DNA of 64,000 nucleotides, taken from assembly GCA_964547875.1 (NCBI GenBank), contig CAZJPE010000001.1, positions 38,535 to 102,534 of the forward strand, read 5' to 3'. Position 1 is the stretch's first letter; each line of letters begins with the position of its first letter. Source of the stretch: Candidatus Woesearchaeota archaeon (GTDB lineage Archaea > Nanobdellota > Nanobdellia > Pacearchaeales > GW2011-AR1). The translations under genes were made by a program, and so were the position numbers. The notes under the pieces are model-generated. The model was not told where the DNA came from and searched no databases. It saw nothing but the letters and a program-made list of their open reading frames with translations. Below are positions 57,827 to 64,000 of this stretch, piece by piece.

Positions 57827-59182
57827 TTATATACAGGACATTATAACCCCACATCCTCCTCTGTTGTTATTACTTCTTGACTGTTCTTTATTAGATTTTG
57901 AAGATATTGCATTATTTAAATTTCTTCCGCCTCTATTCGATTGTGAGTTAGAGTTTGTTTGTTTATTGGAAGAATCTACCGTTCCTTTAAATATAGATTC
58001 TCCAAATTCAGAATATCCAGATTGTGCTGTTTGAGATATCGCTTCGCTAAATGTAGCTTTTCCTAATTGTGAGGATGGATAAAATTGGCCAGGCGTTCTT
58101 CTTATTATGCCAGGAAGAGAACTTTGCGAGATTCTTGATGAAATTACAGAATTAAAAACGGCGGATGTTAAAATATCTCTGCCTGAAATCTCATTATACC
58201 CTCTTCCTTCCACTAAAGTCTCTTGAGCAAACTCTTGTCCAGCACCAATGCCTGCTAATGCTGTTGTTCTAATAGCAGTGCCAACACCTGCTGTTGCAAT
58301 ACTTCTAAGCCCACCACTAGCTATAGCCGCTACTGTTGTTCCAGGAGAAATTAGTATACTTGCAGCAGTCGCTCCACCAGCAATCGTTCCAGATAACACA
58401 GCTTTGCCTATATCCCCAGTTTGCTGATAAGTAATATAACCTTGGATGCCTCCTATGACTATTGCGGGCACAGCAACAACCAAGACAGGAATGTTTCCTG
58501 TCTCATCCGTATACTTATACGGATTATTCAAAACATAAGAATAACAATTCAATGCCTGTGGATTATAAATATCTGGCTTTATTGTATCACATTGAATAAA
58601 TAGACTAGCAAATGGATTATAATACCTTGCGCCCAAATAATCTAAATCAACTAACTTATCCCTTTCCTTGCCTGCAAACAAGAATCTGTTTAGTCCAAGA
58701 CCTGAAAATATCTTTCCGAACGGCTCATAGAAATTCTCTTCTACAATATTGCCAGATTGATTTGTTACTAATGTAGTGCTACCTAAATGATCTCCATGAT
58801 AATAATTCTTACTTCCAGAATTGTCTTTCTTAGCAACAAGTTTATCATTGGCATAGTAATAAGTTTCATTTAATATAGTTCCATTAGAATATCTAATTTG
58901 AATAAAATTATCAGAGATATAATAAGTAGTTGCGTTAATGCCTGTGCTATAATCATAATCTGCCTTCTTAACCCTATTTCCTTCTGCATCATAAGCATAT
59001 TGCTCTATTAATCTTCCATTTGTTGAGTTAGTTATTTTTGTTAATTGGTTAAATCCATCATAAGTATAGTTTTTATCAAATCCTGAAATGAGATTGCCAT
59101 TTGGGTCATAAGGAAAAGGAGTCCAGATAATTTCTCCTTCCTCAATATAATTATCTTCTTTCTGTATTGTTATGAGTTTCAT
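57827..59182 (-). CDS. YD-repeat/RHS-tip polymorphic toxin with glycine-zipper (membrane-active) C-terminal domain
   Basis: N-terminal MKLITIQKEDNYIEEGEIIWTPFP; YD repeats YTYDGFNQL / YAYDAEGNRV; RHS tip ...YYHGDHLGSTTLVTNQSG...DLDYLGARYY...NNPYKYTDETGN; then IPVLVVAVPAIVIGGIQG...TIAGGATAASILISPGTTVAAIASGG; tail RGGCGVIMSCI. Confidence 0.75.
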   Translation of the reverse strand: MKLITIQKEDNYIEEGEIIWTPFPYDPNGNLISGFDKNYTYDGFNQLTKITNSTNGRLIEQYAYDAEGNRVKKADYDYSTGINATTYYISDNFIQIRYSNGTILNETYYYANDKLVAKKDNSGSKNYYHGDHLGSTTLVTNQSGNIVEENFYEPFGKIFSGLGLNRFLFAGKERDKLVDLDYLGARYYNPFASLFIQCDTIKPDIYNPQALNCYSYVLNNPYKYTDETGNIPVLVVAVPAIVIGGIQGYITYQQTGDIGKAVLSGTIAGGATAASILISPGTTVAAIASGGLRSIATAGVGTAIRTTALAGIGAGQEFAQETLVEGRGYNEISGRDILTSAVFNSVISSRISQSSLPGIIRRTPGQFYPSSQLGKATFSEAISQTAQSGYSEFGESIFKGTVDSSNKQTNSNSQSNRGGRNLNNAISSKSNKEQSRSNNNRGGCGVIMSCI

Positions 59183-59691
59183 TTCTTAATATTTTTATAT
59201 TTCTTAAATAACCCTCCTACTATTAATACAACAAATATGTATTGTAAGGGATAAATTATTAAAAACGATAGAATCCCAAAAAAATCAACCAAATCTGTAT
59301 AGGAACTTGGATCATAGGGTATAGTTGATTTATTAGCCAAATAAAAGCCAATATTGTTGGCTATTTCGGCTGTTATTCCTATTGGAATCAACATAAATAC
59401 CAACACACTTAAAAATATAAAATGAAAATTATACTTTATAGGTTTCAAATAAGGTATTAAAGTTATTAGATTATGTAATAAATAAAGAGGAATTAAAACT
59501 AAAATAAAGCTTCCTAATATTATCTCTTCTAAACCACTAGAACCAAGAACAGAGAGATATATTTCACTATATTGAAATAGGTAATTTGTAATAAACCAAA
59601 CTATTGCCGTTGATAAAATGATAGAGAAAGAAAGATAAACTATCAATTTCAGCTGATTTCCTATAATATCTTTTATGTTATTTTTTTTCAT
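59179..59691 (-). CDS. Multi-TM membrane protein, candidate immunity for toxin 59693-61051
   Basis: ATG 1 nt after the toxin stop (the track extends to GTG 59700); 4-5 TM helices. Confidence 0.5.
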   Translation of the reverse strand: MKKNNIKDIIGNQLKLIVYLSFSIILSTAIVWFITNYLFQYSEIYLSVLGSSGLEEIILGSFILVLIPLYLLHNLITLIPYLKPIKYNFHFIFLSVLVFMLIPIGITAEIANNIGFYLANKSTIPYDPSSYTDLVDFFGILSFLIIYPLQYIFVVLIVGGLFKKYKNIKK

Positions 59692-59692
59692 C

Positions 59693-61051
59693 TTATGCAC
59701 AACTCATGATTTTGCCACATCCTTTATTTCTACTACCTTCAGATTTATCTTTATTATATGGTTTTTCAACTATTCTTTTATCATAGTTATATGTTTTATC
59801 TATTCCTGGAGAAATTGCCCAAGGAGATAGATCTCCCTTAGGAAAACTACTGCCTGCATTTTCTGTAGCAGTTCTTGCGAAAACATTTGAATTAGATCTA
59901 CTGCTACCTACTTTAGGGTTGAGAACATACGGCACCTTCGCTTCATTCAATTTGTTTCCTTCTGCTATAATATCATTAATAAATTCTGTATCTGTCTTTC
60001 CTTCTGGCGTATTCAATAATACATTGCTATATTCTTTAGTTCCTCCTGTTTTCTCCACATTCTTTCCAAATTGCAAAATACTATTAGGATTAAAAATTCC
60101 ATCTGAAGCATATGCCCCTAAATTGAAGTTGGTTTCTCCTCTAAAGTCTTCCGGATTATCAGGTATAACATTAAAGTAAGAATGAGTAGTATGACTTGTA
60201 ACAAAATTAGAGACCACTCTAAGAAAAAGAATATCACTATTTGCATATTGATTATTTATACTTCTTGTAACTAAATAAACCTCCTTGCCATTTGGGTCTA
60301 TGTATTTATAAGGATTGTTAAGCACATAGGCATAATGATTTAGATTTTGTGGGTTGAATATATTAGCTATCATAGAATCAGGAGAAATAAACATCCTCAT
60401 AATTGAAGCCTGATAATACCTTGCTCCATAATAATAAATATCAACTAATTTATCAAACTCTTGAGCCGTGAATAAATATCTTGAACTTTCACTTCCACTA
60501 TACACATCACCAAACGGCAAATAAAACTCTTCTTCTGTAATATTTCCTGTTTGATTAGTTACTAATGTAATAGAACCCAAGTGGTCAGAATGATAATATG
60601 TCTTTGCACCGCTATTATCTTTCTTTACAATTAATTTATCATTTGCATAGTAATATGTTTCATTTAATATTGTTCCGTTTGTATAGCGGATTTGAATGAA
60701 ATTGTCGCTAATGTAATAGGTTGTTTGATTATTTCCTGTTGTGTAATCATATTCTACTTTCTTTATTCTGTTGCCATCAGCATCATACCTATATTCTGCT
60801 ATAACATTTCCTGTGGCATTCTTCTTTCTAACTGAAGATAATTGATTGAATGGATCATACTCGTAATATTTGCCAAGTCCTTTTATTAAATTTCCATTTG
60901 CGTCATAAGTCATATCTGTGTTATAAGTTAAGAGATTTTCGTAATCTAAGGCGTATTCTAGATAGAGTTCTTCTTCGCTATTATATTTATTTTCTGATAA
61001 AAACGGCGTCCAGATTAGTATGTTATTTTTTGGGTTTGTTAGGATTTGCAT
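59693..61051 (-). CDS. YD-repeat/RHS-tip polymorphic toxin, C-terminal toxin domain of unknown activity
   Basis: N-terminal MQILTNPKNNILIWTPFL; YD repeats MTYDANGNL / YEYDPFNQL / YRYDADGNRI; RHS tip to NNPYKYIDPNGK; ~200-aa unique C-terminal domain; tail EKPYNKDKSEGSRNKGCGKIMSCA. Confidence 0.75.
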   Translation of the reverse strand: MQILTNPKNNILIWTPFLSENKYNSEEELYLEYALDYENLLTYNTDMTYDANGNLIKGLGKYYEYDPFNQLSSVRKKNATGNVIAEYRYDADGNRIKKVEYDYTTGNNQTTYYISDNFIQIRYTNGTILNETYYYANDKLIVKKDNSGAKTYYHSDHLGSITLVTNQTGNITEEEFYLPFGDVYSGSESSRYLFTAQEFDKLVDIYYYGARYYQASIMRMFISPDSMIANIFNPQNLNHYAYVLNNPYKYIDPNGKEVYLVTRSINNQYANSDILFLRVVSNFVTSHTTHSYFNVIPDNPEDFRGETNFNLGAYASDGIFNPNSILQFGKNVEKTGGTKEYSNVLLNTPEGKTDTEFINDIIAEGNKLNEAKVPYVLNPKVGSSRSNSNVFARTATENAGSSFPKGDLSPWAISPGIDKTYNYDKRIVEKPYNKDKSEGSRNKGCGKIMSCA

Positions 61052-61052
61052 T

Positions 61053-61304
61053 TTAAATAAAAGTCAGATATATTCCTAAAATGATTAAAATAATACCTAT
61101 ACAAATGCCTAATGGAGCAAAAAACTTTCTTATAATATTTGCCGCTTTATCTTCGCCAAAAATTTTTCTCCAAATAAAAGCTTTTGGGCTTTTCTTGACA
61201 TAATTCTCTAGAAACTTTTTATCTTTAATGGCTTTTGTCGCATAATAAAAGTTTATTACACCAGCTAATAAAATTAATAAAGAATAAGTGTTAAATTTAA
61301 TCAT
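61053..61304 (-). CDS. Small 2-TM membrane protein (extra/orphan immunity-like gene)
   Basis: 83 aa; sits between the barstar-like gene and the next toxin. Confidence 0.4.
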   Translation of the reverse strand: MIKFNTYSLLILLAGVINFYYATKAIKDKKFLENYVKKSPKAFIWRKIFGEDKAANIIRKFFAPLGICIGIILIILGIYLTFI

Positions 61305-61348
61305 ATTTATATTAGTTTTATTAAGTTTAAAAGTTTTTGTTTTTATTC

Positions 61349-61642
61349 TTATTTCTCAATCTTAAATTTTACATGATATTTATGATTTCTTATTATTTCA
61401 AGTATATTTTTTAAGAATTCTTCAGGCAATTCTTTTTTTGATTTATCAAAGTTTCTCCAAACTAAAATTATCTTTTCTTTGAACTCAAATTGGTATCCTC
61501 CATATAGGATATCGTCAAAAGCATCATAGTTTCTACCAAAACCTTTAAAATCATTAGTCAGCACACTTACTATCTCGTCATAAAATCCTTTTATATCATG
61601 AAAATTTTCTCCATCTATAATAAAAGTCTTTATTTTCTTCAT
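61349..61642 (-). CDS. Barstar-like RNase inhibitor (immunity protein)
   Basis: IIDGENFHDIKGFYDEIVSVL...FGRNYDAFDDIL...IILVWRNFDKSKKELPEEFLKNILEII is colinear with barstar ([21 protein letters not shown]...YGENLDALWDCL...LVLEWRQFEQSKQ). Confidence 0.8.
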   Translation of the reverse strand: MKKIKTFIIDGENFHDIKGFYDEIVSVLTNDFKGFGRNYDAFDDILYGGYQFEFKEKIILVWRNFDKSKKELPEEFLKNILEIIRNHKYHVKFKIEK

Positions 61643-62688
61643 TTCTTTTTAGAACCTCCAAAAACATTTTTAATCTTATCTACGATTTTAGTAAATGAAC
61701 TCTTTTCGTAATGCTTATCAGTATAATATGTTTCTCCGCCCTTACCAGTTATAACTCTTTCTGGATTTTTTCTACTAGTTACATCATGAGTTGTATAATA
61801 ACCTAGTTCTTGTTTTGGAAGTGCGCCCTCTACATTCTTAAATTCATGGGGTCTTAGCCCATCAGTCTTTCCACTTTGTATTTTATTAATTGTATCTTGG
61901 ACACTTTGAGGCAAATCGGATAACTTGGTTTCCTTTAATTTATCCGCGACATTTTCTGCGCCCTTCAAAGCATCTCCCACCTTCTCCCCGGTCTTAGCCA
62001 AATCAGCCACATCACTAACTCTATCAATTCCTTTAGCAACTCTAAATCCTGCCCCTAATCCAGTTACAAAAGGCAAGGCTGCTCCTGCAACATCTAAACC
62101 AAGAGCAACATAATTGGCAGAATTGTCAGGATCTTGAATAATGCTATAAATATCATATCCGATAAATCCTACATCGGCAACAGTTTCTATATAATGCCCA
62201 GTACCATCTTTGTATTTGTAGGGATTGTTTCTTGCATAATTATAACAGTTTAATTGTTGAGGATCGTAAATATCTGGCTTAATTGTATCACACTGTATAA
62301 ACAACCTCATAATAGAAGCTTGATAATACCTCGCCCCATAATAATACAAGTCAACAAGCTTATCAAACTCTTGAGCTGTGTATAAAAACCTAGATAATCC
62401 AGCTCCAGATAGTATATCGCCAAAAGGACCATAAAAGTTTTCTTCAACAATATGCCCACTCTGATTAGTAACTAAACTCGTACTACCTAAATGGTCTCCA
62501 TGATAAAATGTTTTTGCTCCTGAATTATCCTTTTTAGCAACTAATTTATCATTGGCGTAATAATATGTTTCGTTGAGAATTGTTCCGTTAGTGTTCTCAT
62601 CATTTAAAATATATTCCATATAAAATTCTTCTTGTGGCATTTGTGTCCAGATGAACTCGTTATCTTTTTCTATAATAATAGTTATCAT
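61639..62688 (-). CDS. RHS-tip polymorphic toxin with C-terminal barnase/RNase Sa-T1 family ribonuclease domain
   Basis: N-terminal MITIIIEKDNEFIWTQMP; RHS tip; C-terminal LPQSVQDTINKIQSG...FKNVEGALPKQELGYYTTHDV...ERVITGKGGETYYTDKHYEKSSFTKI aligns with RNase Sa (FQNRESVLPTQSYGYYHEYTV...RRIICGEATQEDYYTGDHYATFSLI). Confidence 0.8.
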   Translation of the reverse strand: MITIIIEKDNEFIWTQMPQEEFYMEYILNDENTNGTILNETYYYANDKLVAKKDNSGAKTFYHGDHLGSTSLVTNQSGHIVEENFYGPFGDILSGAGLSRFLYTAQEFDKLVDLYYYGARYYQASIMRLFIQCDTIKPDIYDPQQLNCYNYARNNPYKYKDGTGHYIETVADVGFIGYDIYSIIQDPDNSANYVALGLDVAGAALPFVTGLGAGFRVAKGIDRVSDVADLAKTGEKVGDALKGAENVADKLKETKLSDLPQSVQDTINKIQSGKTDGLRPHEFKNVEGALPKQELGYYTTHDVTSRKNPERVITGKGGETYYTDKHYEKSSFTKIVDKIKNVFGGSKKK

Positions 62689-63074
62689 TTTTTATCTACA
62701 TTTCTTAATTTTCTCATTAATTTAACAATTCCAAGACCTAAATAAAATCCAATTAATAAACCTGCTATTTTAATAACTAAAAAATCTCCCCAATAATATT
62801 TTAATAATTGCCAAGATATGATGGCTAGTAATATAGAAAATAACAATTCTCTTTCGTTAAGTGAGTTTTTGTTCATTTTAAAAAAGCCCCTTCCTTCTTT
62901 GGAATAGATTATCGATGTTACTAAAAATCCAAAGAATATACCGAGTATCATAATAATTGATCCAAAAATTATAATAAAGACTGGGCTACGCTTGCCTATG
63001 ATAGAGGCACCAATCGCAAGAATCAAAAAAGCAATCCCATACATTATTATTGTAACTATTTTTTCTTTATCCAT
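62685..63074 (-). CDS. 3-4 TM membrane protein, candidate immunity for toxin 63077-64000+
   Basis: The ATG (MDKEKIV...) lies 2 nt after the toxin stop; its end overlaps the next toxin start (ATGA). Confidence 0.5.
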   Translation of the reverse strand: MDKEKIVTIIMYGIAFLILAIGASIIGKRSPVFIIIFGSIIMILGIFFGFLVTSIIYSKEGRGFFKMNKNSLNERELLFSILLAIISWQLLKYYWGDFLVIKIAGLLIGFYLGLGIVKLMRKLRNVDKK

Positions 63075-63076
63075 TT

Positions 63077-64000
63077 TTATGCACAACTCATAACTTTATT
63101 GCAACCTCCATCTTGATTTTTTTCTGCTAAATTACTGCCTTTATTTATAGGTTTACTTCCATATCCATAAATTACACCATCAGGACCAGGATCTTGAGTC
63201 CTACTGAATGGTTTATTGAAGTTATATTCATTATAATAATCTTGTAACGTATTTTCTTTTATAAGTTTTGTGTTATCTAATTTCTCTTTTTCAAAATCTT
63301 CATCAGGTTCTCTATCTAATTCTCCAAAATCAAAAATAGGATATCCTTTACTCCACTGATAAGCTACTCCAACTTTTGCCAATATATTTGGATCATTAAG
63401 TCCCTGTGTAATAGGGTCGCCTTTTATAAAATTAGTAGTTATTTGGGTTGTTACAGTTTCTGTTATGATGGGGGCACCAACAGTTGCTATTGATGAACCT
63501 CCTGAAAGAATACCTGCTACAACAGTAGCTCCTGCAACTCCTCCTCCAGCCAAACCTGCGACAGCGGAATCTGTAATGTCCACCCAAGTAGCTTGCGGAT
63601 TATTTGCTGTATTAATGGCTCCTATAATCGCTCCAATGACAGCTCCCCCAACAACTATACTCGCCACAGTAATTGTTATCGGGTCTATTAAATTTCCACT
63701 CTCATCAGTATATTTGTAGGGATTATTCAAGACATAACTATAACAATTCAATGCCTGAGGATTATAAATATCTGGCTTAATTGTATCGCATTGAGTGAAT
63801 AATCTCATAATTGACGCTTGATAGTAACGAGCGCCATAATAATACAAATCAATAGCCTTGTCCAATTCCTTAGCTGTATAGAGGAATCTGCTTAATTCAG
63901 GCCCTATAAAGATATCTCCGAATGGACCATAGAAATTCTCTTCTGTTATATTCCCTGTCTGATTTGTCACAAGCGTTGTTGAACCAAGATGATCTGGATG
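63077..64000 (-). CDS. RHS-tip polymorphic toxin with glycine-zipper C-terminal domain (5' part outside window)
   Basis: Frame open to the window edge (…HPDHLGSTTLVTNQTGN…); RHS tip to NNPYKYTDESGN; ITITVASIVVGGAVIGAIIGAI...VAGLAGGGVAGATVVAGILSGG; tail KPFSRTQDPGPDGVIYGYGSK...GGCNKVMSCA. Confidence 0.7.
   Translation of the reverse strand, partial: HPDHLGSTTLVTNQTGNITEENFYGPFGDIFIGPELSRFLYTAKELDKAIDLYYYGARYYQASIMRLFTQCDTIKPDIYNPQALNCYSYVLNNPYKYTDESGNLIDPITITVASIVVGGAVIGAIIGAINTANNPQATWVDITDSAVAGLAGGGVAGATVVAGILSGGSSIATVGAPIITETVTTQITTNFIKGDPITQGLNDPNILAKVGVAYQWSKGYPIFDFGELDREPDEDFEKEKLDNTKLIKENTLQDYYNEYNFNKPFSRTQDPGPDGVIYGYGSKPINKGSNLAEKNQDGGCNKVMSCA

Noticed and set aside
1-64000. CRISPR arrays or cas genes
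   Set aside because: No regularly spaced direct repeats of 25-40 bp were seen anywhere. The only tandem repeats are coding (the 40.1-40.5 kb repeat protein).

Overview
Low-GC (~30%) archaeal chromosome segment. Ribosomal proteins L7Ae/S28e/L24e, KEOPS Kae1, an archaeal-type TyrRS and leaderless-style gene starts point to a small-genome (DPANN-like) archaeon. Identified content, in order along the window: (i) many large secreted or membrane-anchored surface proteins, extremely rich in N-x-S/T sequons (LamG, cadherin-like, Cys-rich, dockerin-bearing, acidic repeat proteins); (ii) a MoxR-DUF58-vWA (Bat-like) module interrupted by an IS4/IS5-like insertion sequence; (iii) a secreted-protease cluster (Zn-metalloprotease, subtilisin with a dockerin-like module); (iv) a surface-glycan modification island (radical SAM, two methyltransferases, GT2, PIG-L deacetylase, WbqC-like, NUDIX, kinase) flanked by inward-facing integrase (rve) remnants; (v) tandem bacterial-type and archaeal-type tyrosyl-tRNA synthetases; (vi) Kae1, a VapBC pair, the L7Ae-S28e-L24e block; (vii) gyrB-orf-gyrA, with gyrA interrupted by a 394-aa intein carrying an HNH endonuclease; (viii) tRNA-Asp. 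(ix) Most notable, at 53.5-64 kb on the minus strand, a tightly overlapping array of at least five short YD-repeat/RHS-tip polymorphic toxin genes, each followed by a cognate small immunity gene. One pair is a clear barnase/barstar-like RNase with its inhibitor, and two are glycine-zipper membrane toxins with membrane immunity proteins. A HepT/MNT module is inserted in the array, with an orphan toxin tip downstream. The toxins share a conserved N-terminal 'IWTP' motif (no signal peptide) and a conserved C-terminal tail ending in G-C-G-x-I-M-S-C, neither of which I recognise from described toxin delivery systems. No CRISPR array was seen.
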